This document shows, one piece after another, positions 28,505 to 38,150 of a stretch of 64,000 nt of DNA (positions within the stretch are counted from its first letter, which is position 1; each line of letters begins with the position of its first letter). The notes beneath the pieces are model-generated. The model made no database searches. It saw only the letters and a program-made list of their open reading frames with translations, and was not told the DNA's origin. The stretch spans positions 136,569-200,568 of the forward strand of contig CAWDLK010000002.1 in assembly GCA_963803165.1 (NCBI GenBank), written 5' to 3'. This DNA is from an uncultured Chloroflexia bacterium (GTDB taxonomy: Bacteria > Chloroflexota > Dormibacteria > Aeolococcales > Aeolococcaceae). Both the position numbers and the translations under genes were made by a program.

Positions 28505-30225
28505 CGGCGCCGATCCGCCTGCTCCCGCCCCAGGTGGCCGATGCCATCGCCGCCGGCGAGGTGGTCGAGCGGCCCGCCGCCGCGGTCAAGGAGCTCTGCG
28601 AGAACGCCCTCGACGCCGGGGCAACGCGCATCGACGTCGACCTGGAGGCGGGCGGGCTGGTGCGCATCGTGGTCGCGGACGACGGGGCGGGCATCCCCGC
28701 CGACCAGCTCCACCTGGCGGTGGCGCGGCACGCGACCTCCAAGCTCGGCTCGGTGGCGCAGCTGACCCAGGTCCGGAGCCTCGGCTTCCGCGGCGAGGCT
28801 CTGGCCAGCATCGCCGCGGTGAGCGACCTCCGCCTGGTCAGCCGGACGGCCGGGGCGGAGAGCGCGTGGCTGCTCCGCTGCCGCGCCGGCGAGGTGGTCG
28901 AGTACAGGCCGGCGGCACGCGCCCCGGGCACCACCGTCGAGGCCTGCGATCTCTTCCACAACACCCCGGCCCGCCTCTCCTTCCTGCGCGGCGAGCGCAG
29001 CGAGGCGGCCGCCGCCGTGCGCGCCGTCTCCGACCTGGCGCTCACCCACCCCGAGGTCGGGTTCACCTGCCGGAGCGACGACAGGCTGGCCCTGCGCAGC
29101 ATCGGGGGCGGCCTGATCGACGCGGCGGCCGCCGTCTTCGGCCGGGACGCCGCCGAGCTGCGGGTGGTCGACGCCCCCGGCGACATCGCGGTCCGCGGCC
29201 TGATCAGCGAACCTCGCAGCCACCGCGGCACCCGGACCGGCCTGGTGCTGGTGGTCAACGGGCGCCGGGTCCACAACCGGGCGCTGGTCGCGGCGGTGGA
29301 GGAGGCGTACGCCGGGCTGCTCCCGACCGGCCGCCATCCCTTCGGGGTGATCCAGGTCGACCTGGACCCCGTGCTGGTCGACGTCAACGTCCACCCGACC
29401 AAGCGTGAGGTCCGGCTGCGCGAGGAGGGGAGGGTCTTCACGGCCATCCAGCGGGCCTGCTGGACCGCCCTCCAGGAGGCCCGGCTCAGCATCCCGGAGA
29501 CCCGCCTTCCCCAGCTCGAGGGGACCCTCCTCGCGAGCGCCGGCCCGGTCGAGGCGGAGCTGGCACTGCGGGACGGCGCAGCCACGGGCGTGGACCCCGG
29601 GCCGCGGGATGAGCTGCCCGAGCACCGGCTCGCCGATCTCGCCCCGCTGCGACCCCTGGCGCAGACCGCGGAGGGGTGGCTGGTGGCCGAGTCCCCGCAC
29701 GGGCTGGTCCTGGTCGACCCCCACGCCGCCCACGAGAAGGTCCTCTACACCGAGCTGCTCGCGGAGGGGGAGGCCGGTTCGGGCCGGGGAGGAGGGGCGG
29801 CCCAGTTCCTCCTCGTCGAGACCGTGGTCCGGGTCGAGCCCGCGGCCCTCGAGAGGATGGTGAAGAACCTCGACACGCTCGCCGGCATGGGCTTCCACCT
29901 CGAGCCGTTCGGTCCCGGGCTGGTGCGCTGCCGCGCGGTCCCGACGGCGGCGCAGTCGGCGGACCCGGAGCGGCTGGTGCGGGAGCTCCTCGACGAGCTG
30001 CAGGGCCCCGGCGACGCGGCCACCCGCCGGCGGAGGATCGCCGCCCTCACCGCCTGCCATGCGGCCGTCCGGCTCGGTGATCGCCTCGACCCCCGCGAGC
30101 AGGCCCGACTCCTCGAGAGGCTGGTCGTCACCCCCGGCGGGCTCACCTGCCCGCACGGACGGCCCACGGTCATCGTCCTCGACGATCGCAGCCTGCGCCG
30201 GGCCTTCGGCCGTCCCGCGGCCTGA
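28501..30225 (+). CDS. mutL: DNA mismatch repair protein MutL
   Basis: GTG 28501 overlaps the mutS stop. The GHKL ATPase N-terminus is IAAGEVVERPAAAVKELCENALDAGAT, and the MutL dimerisation C-terminus follows. Confidence 0.85.
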   Translation: MTAPIRLLPPQVADAIAAGEVVERPAAAVKELCENALDAGATRIDVDLEAGGLVRIVVADDGAGIPADQLHLAVARHATSKLGSVAQLTQVRSLGFRGEALASIAAVSDLRLVSRTAGAESAWLLRCRAGEVVEYRPAARAPGTTVEACDLFHNTPARLSFLRGERSEAAAAVRAVSDLALTHPEVGFTCRSDDRLALRSIGGGLIDAAAAVFGRDAAELRVVDAPGDIAVRGLISEPRSHRGTRTGLVLVVNGRRVHNRALVAAVEEAYAGLLPTGRHPFGVIQVDLDPVLVDVNVHPTKREVRLREEGRVFTAIQRACWTALQEARLSIPETRLPQLEGTLLASAGPVEAELALRDGAATGVDPGPRDELPEHRLADLAPLRPLAQTAEGWLVAESPHGLVLVDPHAAHEKVLYTELLAEGEAGSGRGGGAAQFLLVETVVRVEPAALERMVKNLDTLAGMGFHLEPFGPGLVRCRAVPTAAQSADPERLVRELLDELQGPGDAATRRRRIAALTACHAAVRLGDRLDPREQARLLERLVVTPGGLTCPHGRPTVIVLDDRSLRRAFGRPAA

Positions 30226-30340
30226 GCCCTGGCCCGGCGAGCGACGGTGCCGCGCGGCGGCCGGCCCGGCGCGCCCAAGCGGGGCTTCGTGCCAGGCTAT
30301 CCATCGAGGGGGTGGGTGAGTCCGCCCCTCGGAGAGGTGG

Positions 30341-33300
30341 ATGGAGCCGACCCCGATCGCCAAGATGCTGCCCCCGGCGCGGCCGGCCGGCGGCATCGCG
30401 CGCCCGGCTCTCGCCGGCCGCCTCGCCGAGGTCCTGGAGCGCCGTCTCACCACGGTGGTCGCGGAGGCGGGGTACGGCAAGTCGACGCTGCTCGCCTCGT
30501 GGTGGGAGGCCGCCCCCTGCGCCTGGTACACGGCCGACCGCACCGACCGGGAGATGCCCTCGCTGGCGCGCAGCCTGACCGACGCCCTCCGCCTTCGCGT
30601 GCCCCAGCTGCGCGGCGGGCTGGCCCGCGCCCTCGAGCGCGTCGCCGGATCCGGCTCCGAGTCCGACCAGCCGGCCCGCGCAGACGCCCTCGGGTCACGG
30701 CTGGCCCAGGCGCTCCACGAGCGCGTGGCCGGTGACCTGGTCCTGATCATCGACGACGTCGACGAGCTGGGCGCGGCCAGCCCCTCGTCGCGACTGGTGG
30801 AGGCCATCTGCCGCCACGCGTCCCCCCGGCTGCACCTGGTGCTGGCGGGGCGCAGCCGGCCGCCCTTCCCGGTGGAGCGGCTGCGCGGCCAGGGTCAGCT
30901 CCTGGAGATCGGCGCGGACCAGCTCGCCTTCAGCGTGGAGGAGGTCGGCGAGCTGGTGGCGGACCGCCTGGGGCCTTCGGCGGTCCCTCTCGCGGCACGT
31001 CTCTACGCTCTCGCCGGGGGGTGGCCCGCAGCGGTGACCCTCGCCGTGGAGGCGCTCCGCGAGACCCCGCCGGACGCCTGGCCGGCGGTGTTGGAGAACC
31101 TCGACCAGACGCACACGCCGCTCTTCGCCTATCTGGCCGAGGAGGTCTTCGCCCACCAACCGGCGGAGCTGCGCGAGCTGGTCAGCCGGGTGGCGCTCTT
31201 CGACGAGTTCACTCCGGAGCTGTGCGACGCTCTCAGGCTGGCGGGCTCGCGCGACGCCGTCAGCCAGCTGGCGCGCCAGGGCCTCTTCGTGGAGCGGCGG
31301 GAGGGCGGATCGCTGGCGCTCCGTCCCCTGGTGCGCGACTTTGCCCTGGAGCGCCTGCCGCTCGCCGCCGGGGTCGCCGACGATCTCCGCGTCGCCGCGG
31401 CGGAGTGGCTGGATGGCAACGGCAACAGCGCCGCCGCGGTGGGGATGCTGCTGACCGCCCGCGACTTCGCGAGGTTGACGGCCCTGGTGACGAGGCGCGG
31501 GCCCGCCCTCCTCGCCGCCGGGCACGTCGCCAGCGTGCTCGACGCCTGTCGCGCCATCCCTGCCCCGCTCCGCACCGAGGGGATCGACCAGCTGGAGGGC
31601 GAGGCCTGTCAGGTGCAGGGTGACTGGAAGGGAGCCCTCGCCTGCTTCGAGCGCGCCGCCGCGGGTCGCCAGGCTCTGCCCGCCTCGCTCGCCTGGAGGA
31701 TGGGCCTGCTCCACTACCTGCGCGGGCAGGTGGACGCCGCGCTCGACGTCTACCGACGCGGTCTCGACGACGACAGCGCCGACCCGATGGAGCGGGGGCT
31801 GCTGCTCGCCTGGACGGCGACCGCTCACTGGCTGCGCGGCGACGTCGACACCTGCCGCTCGCTCGCCTCCGAGGCCCTGGCCGTGGCCGACGCCGGCGGC
31901 GACGGCCGCGCCCTGGCCGCCGCCCACACCGTGATGGCCATGCTCGCCGCCCAGGACGGGGACCGCCGCGCCAACGACGCCCACTACCTGCTCGCCCTGC
32001 GCGCGGCCGAGGACGCCCGCGACGTCCTCCAGACCGTGCGGATCCGGACCAACCGCGCCTCCCACTACCTGGAGGAGGGCGCGTACCCGGAGGCGCTCCA
32101 GGAGCTGGAGGTCGCGGTCCGGCTGGCGGAGCTGACCTCGTTCGCCAACTTCCACGCCCTCAGCCTCTGCAACCGCGGTGAGACGAGACTGCGCATGGGC
32201 CGGCTCGACGAGGCGCTGGTGGACGTGGAGGCGTCCCGCGACCGCTACCAGCAGATCGGGTCGGAGATGGTCGCCTACCCGCTGACCCTGATCGGGGAGA
32301 TCCACCGGGAGCGGGGCAACCTCGCCCAGGCGCGCGCGGCGTACGAGGAGGCGGCGGCGATCGCGGAGGGGTCCGGTGATCGCCAGGCCCTCGTCCCCGC
32401 CCTGGCCGGCCTGGCGACGGTGCTCGCCGCCGACGATCCCCCGAGGGCGACGGAGCTGGCCCGCCGGGCCGTCGCCGCCGGCACCGGCGTGGAGTACGCC
32501 GGCGCCCTGGTCGCGGCCGGCTGGGTGGCCGTGTCCACCGGTGACCGGGCGGCCGCCGGCGAGCTGGCTTCCACCGCCGCCGCCGTGGCACGCTCCCGGC
32601 GCGATCGGGCCGGGCTCGCCGAGGCCCTGACCCTCGCCGCCATGAGCGTCGAGCGGCCGCGGCGCGAGGGGCCCCGCCTGCACGAGGCAGAGGCGATCTG
32701 GCGCGAGGTCGGCAACCCGCTCGGAGAGGCGAAGGTGCACCTGGCGCTGGCGATCGTCGAGCGGGGGCCGGGCGCGGCCGCCCAGCGCCGGCTCGCCGAG
32801 CGGCAGCTGGAGCACCTCGGCGTGCATGGGCACCGGGGCGGCAGCGCCGCCGCCGGGCTGCTGGCGGTGGTCGGGCGGGGCCACGCCGAGGCGGTGCGCA
32901 TCGAGACCCTCGGAGGCTTCGCGGTGCTCCGGGGCGGCGAGCTGGTGCGCCTCTCCGAGTGGCAGTCGAAGCGCGCTCGGGAGCTGCTCAAGCTGCTCGT
33001 CGCCCGCCGCGGACGGCCGGCGTCGCGCACCCATCTGATGGAGACGCTCTGGCCCGAGGAGGAGCCGGAGAGGCTGGCCAACCGCCTCTCCGTCGCCCTG
33101 ACCACGGTCCGCGGCGTCCTCGATCCCCGCCGCGAGGCGCACGACGACTACGTGCTCGCCGACAAGGAGGCGGTCGCCCTCAACATCGAGGCCCTCGACA
33201 TCGACCTGGAGTGGTTCCTCGCCGCCGCGGCCGACGGTCTCTCCAGCCTCCGCCGGGGCGACGTCGCAGGGGGGCTGCCCGCCCTCGAGGCCGCCGCCGC

Positions 33301-33673
33301 GGCGTACTGCGGCGACTTCCTCGAGGAGAACCCCTACGACGACTGGGCGGTGGCGGCGCGCGAGGAGGCACGCGCCGCGTTCGTGGCGGTCAGCCGTGCC
33401 CTGGCCGCCCAGGCGGCTCCCTCCCACCCCGACGAGGCCGTCCCGCACCTTCTCCGGATCCTGGAGATCGATCGCTACGACGAGCTGGCGAACCTCGGCC
33501 TGGTGGCCGCGCTGGTCGGTGCGGGGCGGCACGGGGAGGCGCACCGCCACTACCTCAACTACCGCCGGGCCATGGACGACCTCGGAGTGGAGCCGGCCCC
33601 CTTCCCGGCCGCCGGGCGGGGCGTGCCGGCCGGGGACGAGCCGCCCGCTCCGGCGACCTTCACCCGCCCTTAA
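30341..33673 (+). CDS. STAND (MalT-like) P-loop NTPase with TPR repeats and C-terminal SARP-type winged-helix plus BTAD transcriptional-activator domain
   Basis: The protein has Walker A AEAGYGKSTLL, then about 500 aa of TPR-like helical repeats. The C-terminus is ETLGGFAVLRGGELVRLSEWQSKRARELLKLLVARRGRPASRTHLMETLWPEE (OmpR/SARP wHTH) followed by a BTAD-like helical region. Confidence 0.6.
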   Translation: MEPTPIAKMLPPARPAGGIARPALAGRLAEVLERRLTTVVAEAGYGKSTLLASWWEAAPCAWYTADRTDREMPSLARSLTDALRLRVPQLRGGLARALERVAGSGSESDQPARADALGSRLAQALHERVAGDLVLIIDDVDELGAASPSSRLVEAICRHASPRLHLVLAGRSRPPFPVERLRGQGQLLEIGADQLAFSVEEVGELVADRLGPSAVPLAARLYALAGGWPAAVTLAVEALRETPPDAWPAVLENLDQTHTPLFAYLAEEVFAHQPAELRELVSRVALFDEFTPELCDALRLAGSRDAVSQLARQGLFVERREGGSLALRPLVRDFALERLPLAAGVADDLRVAAAEWLDGNGNSAAAVGMLLTARDFARLTALVTRRGPALLAAGHVASVLDACRAIPAPLRTEGIDQLEGEACQVQGDWKGALACFERAAAGRQALPASLAWRMGLLHYLRGQVDAALDVYRRGLDDDSADPMERGLLLAWTATAHWLRGDVDTCRSLASEALAVADAGGDGRALAAAHTVMAMLAAQDGDRRANDAHYLLALRAAEDARDVLQTVRIRTNRASHYLEEGAYPEALQELEVAVRLAELTSFANFHALSLCNRGETRLRMGRLDEALVDVEASRDRYQQIGSEMVAYPLTLIGEIHRERGNLAQARAAYEEAAAIAEGSGDRQALVPALAGLATVLAADDPPRATELARRAVAAGTGVEYAGALVAAGWVAVSTGDRAAAGELASTAAAVARSRRDRAGLAEALTLAAMSVERPRREGPRLHEAEAIWREVGNPLGEAKVHLALAIVERGPGAAAQRRLAERQLEHLGVHGHRGGSAAAGLLAVVGRGHAEAVRIETLGGFAVLRGGELVRLSEWQSKRARELLKLLVARRGRPASRTHLMETLWPEEEPERLANRLSVALTTVRGVLDPRREAHDDYVLADKEAVALNIEALDIDLEWFLAAAADGLSSLRRGDVAGGLPALEAAAAAYCGDFLEENPYDDWAVAAREEARAAFVAVSRALAAQAAPSHPDEAVPHLLRILEIDRYDELANLGLVAALVGAGRHGEAHRHYLNYRRAMDDLGVEPAPFPAAGRGVPAGDEPPAPATFTRP

Positions 33674-33708
33674 GGGAGCTTGAAGGGCTCCCCCTAGCCT
33701 CTCCGGCC

Positions 33709-33915
33709 ATGGAGACCTTCATGGTCCGGGTCTGGAGGCCCGGCGGCGGCGAGCGCCTCGACGGCGTCAGGGGGATGGCGGTCCATCTCACCTCGGGACG
33801 GCAGATCACCTTCTCCGATCCCCAGCGACTGATCGCCTTCCTGGCCGAAGCCGGCGCCCGGGACCCCGGCCCCGCAGCCATGCGGACCGACTCGCCCACC
33901 CCCGATCAGGAGTAG
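33709..33915 (+). CDS. hypothetical small protein (68 aa)
   Basis: This ORF lies immediately downstream of the STAND regulator. It reads METFMVRVWRPGGGERLDGVRGMAVHLTSGRQITFSDPQRLIAFLAEAG... Confidence 0.25.
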   Translation: METFMVRVWRPGGGERLDGVRGMAVHLTSGRQITFSDPQRLIAFLAEAGARDPGPAAMRTDSPTPDQE

Positions 33916-33921
33916 AGAGCC

Positions 33922-34581
33922 ATGAGATCGTCCACGCTCGCCACGGTGCTCGCCGCGCTGGGCACGGCCTGCCTGGCCGCCTGCAGCGCGACCACCACGC
34001 CGTCGACCAGCTCGTCCGGCGGCGGGACCACCCCCAGCTCGTCGGCCAGCACCGCCACCCCGAGCGCCGCCAGCTCGGCCACCGCCGTGGCCACCTCGCT
34101 CGACCCCTGCCAGATGGTCACCGCCTCGGAGGCTTCGTCGCTGAGCGGCGCGACCTACGGGGCCGGCGTGGAGGGCACCACCTCGGGCGGTGGCAAGACC
34201 TGCACCTACGGAGCCGAGACCACCGACGTCTTCGAGGTCATCCTCGGTGAGGCCTCGAGCGCCTCCGTCGCCCAGGCCGACTGGGCACAGGAGGAGGGCC
34301 AGGTGCAGTCCGACCTCCAGCAGGCCTTCCAGAGCGCGCAGTCCGCCGGGGTCACCGTGAGCTTCAACGTCAACGACGTCACCAACGTCTCGGGAGCCGA
34401 TCGGGCGGCGGTCGGGACCTTCAGCACGACCATCTCGGGGGTGTCCATCGGCGGCACCGCCCTCTACCTCCTCAAGGGCGCCGACTTCGTCGCCTTCTCG
34501 GACCTCGAGGTCGGCCACGCGGCACCCTCCGCCAGCGCCATGGAGTCCCAGGGCTCGACCACGGTCGGCCGCCTCTCCTGA
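33922..34581 (+). CDS. putative lipoprotein (possibly DUF3558-like)
   Basis: The signal peptide and lipobox read LAALGTACLAAC|S. A Thr/Ser-rich linker follows, and there are two conserved Cys (DPCQMV...GKTCTY). Confidence 0.5.
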   Translation: MRSSTLATVLAALGTACLAACSATTTPSTSSSGGGTTPSSSASTATPSAASSATAVATSLDPCQMVTASEASSLSGATYGAGVEGTTSGGGKTCTYGAETTDVFEVILGEASSASVAQADWAQEEGQVQSDLQQAFQSAQSAGVTVSFNVNDVTNVSGADRAAVGTFSTTISGVSIGGTALYLLKGADFVAFSDLEVGHAAPSASAMESQGSTTVGRLS

Positions 34582-34694
34582 GCGGTCACCACGCACCCCG
34601 GTGACGCGGCACGCCCTCCGCGTCGAGCGGGTCGCCGCGGGCACGCGCCCCGGCGGCCCGCCTCCGGCCGGCCCGCTGGAGGCCCGCCCGGCCC

Positions 34695-35663
34695 ATGCCC
34701 CAAGCTACGCGCATGGACGACGCGGGCTCGGGGATCGCAGCCACCTCGGCAGTCCCCGGCATCGCGGTCGTCGGCCCCACCGCCACCGGCAAGACGGCGC
34801 TGGCGGTCCGCCTCGCCCGGCGCCTCGGCGGCGCCGAGCTGATCAACGCCGACTCGCGGCAGGTCCTGCGCGGCCTCCGGGTCGGCACCAACGCCCCCGC
34901 ACCCGCCGACCTCGCCGGGGTGCCCTGCCACCTGCTCGGGCTCGCCGACCCCGGCGACGCCTTCTCGGTGGCCGACTGGCTCGTCGCCGCCCGGCGGTGC
35001 GTCGCCGACCTCGCCCAGCGCGCGGTGCGCCCGATCGTGGTGGGGGGGACCGGCCTCTACGTCCGGGCGTTGCTCGACGGCCTCGACCTCGACGGCCGGC
35101 CGCCCGACCCGGCCCGCCGGGCCGCGCTCAACGCCCGAGCCGGCAGCCCCGGCGGGCTCGCCCGGCTCGCCGACGAACTGCGCCGGAGCGACCCCGAGGG
35201 CGCCGCCACCGTCGACCTGCGCAACCCCCGCCGGGTGGTCCGCGCCCTCGAGATCGTCGCCGACCGGGGCAGCCTGGCGGCCCGGGGGCGGGGCGGGGCG
35301 TCCGCCGGCTGGCTGCGCGTGGGTCTCGACGCCGCGCTGCCGCTCCATCGCCGGTGGATCGCGGAGCGCGCCCGGAGCATGCTCGCCGGTGGGCTGCTCG
35401 AGGAGACCGGTGAGGCGCTCCGCCGGGGCATCTCCGCGGCGGCGCTCGACGGCTCGGGCATCGGCTACCGCGAGGCGCTCGAGGTCCTCGGCGGCCGGAT
35501 GTCCACCCCCGATGCCGCGGCCGAGATCGAGCGCCGGACGCTCCGCTACGCCAGGGCGCAGCGGACCTGGTTCCGCGCCGACCCGCGGGTCCTGTGGCTC
35601 CGCCGCGAGAGCGACGGCGACCTCGACGATCTGGCGGCGGGGGTGCCGGCGCCGGCGGCGTGA
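34695..35663 (+). CDS. miaA: tRNA dimethylallyltransferase MiaA
   Basis: The P-loop is IAVVGPTATGKTALAVRLA, followed by INADSRQVLRGL. It has the full IPT fold length. Confidence 0.85.
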   Translation: MPQATRMDDAGSGIAATSAVPGIAVVGPTATGKTALAVRLARRLGGAELINADSRQVLRGLRVGTNAPAPADLAGVPCHLLGLADPGDAFSVADWLVAARRCVADLAQRAVRPIVVGGTGLYVRALLDGLDLDGRPPDPARRAALNARAGSPGGLARLADELRRSDPEGAATVDLRNPRRVVRALEIVADRGSLAARGRGGASAGWLRVGLDAALPLHRRWIAERARSMLAGGLLEETGEALRRGISAAALDGSGIGYREALEVLGGRMSTPDAAAEIERRTLRYARAQRTWFRADPRVLWLRRESDGDLDDLAAGVPAPAA

Positions 35664-35691
35664 GCATCCCGGGGTCGAGCGCACCGGGCCC

Positions 35692-35716
35692 GAACATCTG
35701 TCAGGAACATCCGTTT
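35692..35716 (+). promoter_or_regulatory. two adjacent candidate LexA (Cheo-type) SOS boxes upstream of lexA
   Basis: GAACATCTGTCA (35692-35703) and GAACATCCGTTT (35705-35716) both approximate GAAC-N4-GTTC. GCTACAGT at 35745-35752 is shared with the recA upstream region. Confidence 0.5.
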
Positions 35717-35780
35717 GCGCTCCGCGCCGATCCGTGCTACAGTCGGCCCTGCCCCGACACGCTGAGAGGTGAGACACGAC

Positions 35781-36425
35781 ATGGCAGACGCTCTCAACCC
35801 GCGCCAGCGGCAGATCATCGACTTCCTCCGCGACCACGCCCGCAACCACGCCTACCCCCCGACCGTCCGGGAGATCGGGCTGGCCGTCGGGCTCAGCTCC
35901 TCGTCGACGGTCCAGAACCACCTCAACTCGCTGGAGGCCAAGGGGTACATCCGCCGTGACCCGACCAAGTCACGCACCGTCGAGGTGGTCGGGCACGAGC
36001 CGGCGTCGGGCCGGGCCGCGCCGCGCATCCTCTCGCTGCCCCTGGTGGGACGGGTCGCAGCCGGAACCCCGGTGCTCGCCGAGCAGAACGTCGAGGACCA
36101 CATCAGCATCGGCCAGGAGCTGGCCGGCGACGAGGGCGCCTACGCCCTCACGGTGCACGGCGACAGCATGATCGACGCCGGCATCCTGGACGGCGACCTG
36201 GTGGTGGTCCGGCCCCGGCGCGATCCGCCGTCCAATGGCACCATCGTCGTGGCCCGGATCGAGAACCCCACCACGGGCGAGGGCGAGGTGACCGTCAAGC
36301 GCTTCTTCCGCGAGGCGGGCCGGGTGCGCCTGCAGCCGGAGAACGCGCGCCTCGAGCCGATCTACGTGACCGGCGAGCTCTCCCTCGAGGGGGTGGTCAC
36401 CGCGGTCATCCGCGTGGTGCGCTGA
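35781..36425 (+). CDS. lexA: LexA repressor
   Basis: The wHTH domain reads YPPTVREIGLAVGLSSSSTVQNHLNSLEAKGYIRRDPTKSR. The S24 peptidase domain has the AG cleavage site and Ser/Lys dyad (GDSMIDAGI...VTVKRF). Confidence 0.9.
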   Translation: MADALNPRQRQIIDFLRDHARNHAYPPTVREIGLAVGLSSSSTVQNHLNSLEAKGYIRRDPTKSRTVEVVGHEPASGRAAPRILSLPLVGRVAAGTPVLAEQNVEDHISIGQELAGDEGAYALTVHGDSMIDAGILDGDLVVVRPRRDPPSNGTIVVARIENPTTGEGEVTVKRFFREAGRVRLQPENARLEPIYVTGELSLEGVVTAVIRVVR

Positions 36426-36468
36426 CCTCCGAGGTCAGGGCTGCCCGGGGTCTGCCTCAGCCCTAGGG

Positions 36469-37035
36469 TCAGCCGTACCAGCGCGTCGTGGAGCGGGATC
36501 CCGCCGGCGCCTGGTCGTAGTCACCCGCGAGCCGGCCATCGTCGCCGTACCGGTCCGCGGTGCCGTCGTCGTACTCGTCGTCCTCGGCCTCCGGCGAGCT
36601 CTCGGCCGGCAGCGAGTCCAGATAGCGGTCGAGGTACTCGGCGAGGTCGGCCGATGCCTCCCCGTGGGCGGTCACCCGGGTCGTGCCCTCGTCCTCGATG
36701 GCGCTCAAGGCCAGGTCGGGTCGATGGTCGAGCAGCAGGGGGAGAGCGGGCAGGAACGCGAGCGGCAGGCCGATCAGCACCACCGGCGTCACCGCGGTGA
36801 GGATGAGCAGGACCAGCACGATGGCGATGGCCAGGCCCGCGGCGAGGTCGGCACCGTATCGGAAAGGGCGCGCCGCGCGCAGCACCAGGTAGTGGGCGCC
36901 ACGCTCCGCCACCGCCATGCCGGGCACCCGCGTGACGTCGAACTCGTCGAGCACGTCCTTGGCGGGAAGGCTGGTGCGCACCGCGATCTGATAGGGGACG
37001 GTGGGCGCCCCCTTGCCGATGGCTGCCTGTCTCAC
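36469..37035 (-). CDS. hypothetical membrane protein with acidic C-terminal tail
   Basis: Two TM helices (LAAGLAIAIVLVLLILTAVTPVVLIGLPLAFLPALPLLL) are followed by an Asp/Glu-rich tail. Confidence 0.4.
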   Translation of the reverse strand: MRQAAIGKGAPTVPYQIAVRTSLPAKDVLDEFDVTRVPGMAVAERGAHYLVLRAARPFRYGADLAAGLAIAIVLVLLILTAVTPVVLIGLPLAFLPALPLLLDHRPDLALSAIEDEGTTRVTAHGEASADLAEYLDRYLDSLPAESSPEAEDDEYDDGTADRYGDDGRLAGDYDQAPAGSRSTTRWYG

Positions 37036-37364
37036 GTGTCCTTGCCCCGGCTGACGGGTCCTGAAATGCCGGCTCCCCGGCCCTGACGGCCGAGCACCCC
37101 CACGCGAGTGCGGTCCCTATCCTGCGACATCCGCATCCCTCTGGAGTCGATCTCCCAGGTTCGTCACGGGCCCTCGAGACGCCCTCGCCGGGTCCCTGAC
37201 CCTGAATCCCCTGCGCGTACGGTAGCGGAGACGGTGCCCGGTCGGGTCAGGTGACCGGGCGCCTCGGGCCCTCCCGGTGTCGAGCCGCCGGCGCGATCTC
37301 CCCGCCACCCCGACTGGTTATGAACTAGCATGGGATCGGTTAAGAACTCATTAGGACGACCGCC

Positions 37365-38150
37365 ATGTCCGTTCGCCCCGGGGCTCGGGGAGGGAGGGGA
37401 CGACTGCGGTCTCTGATGGGGCGGGGTTCGCCCCTGCTGGTCGCCGCACTGGTGGCACTGGTCAGCGGGGGGCCGGCCGCGGGCGGAGCCGCGGTGGCCG
37501 CGTCCTCGAGGATCAGCGTCGCCACCCTGAGCCGGGAGGTCCTCCCCTCGCTGGTGGACACCATCACCTTCTCGGAGCCTGCGGGCACCGAGCTGCTCGG
37601 GACCGGGATCATCGTCTCGTCGACCGGCCTGATCCTCACCGACTACCACGTGATCCGCGACGAGCAGTTCATCGGGGTCACCATCGGCGGTGAGGGTGGC
37701 GTGTACCCGGCCAGCGTCGTGACCACCGATCCGGATCACGATCTGGCCCTGATCCAGCTCGACGGCGATCCGTCGCTCCGGCCCGCCGTGCTCGCCGGGC
37801 CCGCCTCCGCACGGGTCGGCGACCCCGTCCTGGCCATCGGCAACGCCAAGGGCCGGGACATCGTGCCGGCCGCGGTGTCGGGACGGCTGGTCGCGCTCGA
37901 CCGCACCATCAGCTACGGCGTCGGGTCGGCGGTGGTCAACCTGACCGGTGCGATCGAGGCCAGGGCGCCGATCTTCGCGGGTGACTCCGGGGGTGCGCTG
38001 GTCAACACCGCGGGGCAGGTCATCGGGATGATCGCCGCCGGGGCGAGCGACGGTCCGTGTCCGCCGCGGACCGACTGCCCCCTGCCCCTCGCCTTCGCCA
38101 CCCCCATCGACCAGGCCCTCGCCGAGATCGGCTTCACGGCGAGCCCCTAG
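37365..38150 (+). CDS. trypsin-like serine protease (S1 family, HtrA-like without PDZ)
   Basis: There is a signal-anchor N-terminus. The catalytic triad context is TDYHVI (His), DLALIQL (Asp) and GDSGGALV (Ser). Confidence 0.7.
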   Translation: MSVRPGARGGRGRLRSLMGRGSPLLVAALVALVSGGPAAGGAAVAASSRISVATLSREVLPSLVDTITFSEPAGTELLGTGIIVSSTGLILTDYHVIRDEQFIGVTIGGEGGVYPASVVTTDPDHDLALIQLDGDPSLRPAVLAGPASARVGDPVLAIGNAKGRDIVPAAVSGRLVALDRTISYGVGSAVVNLTGAIEARAPIFAGDSGGALVNTAGQVIGMIAAGASDGPCPPRTDCPLPLAFATPIDQALAEIGFTASP

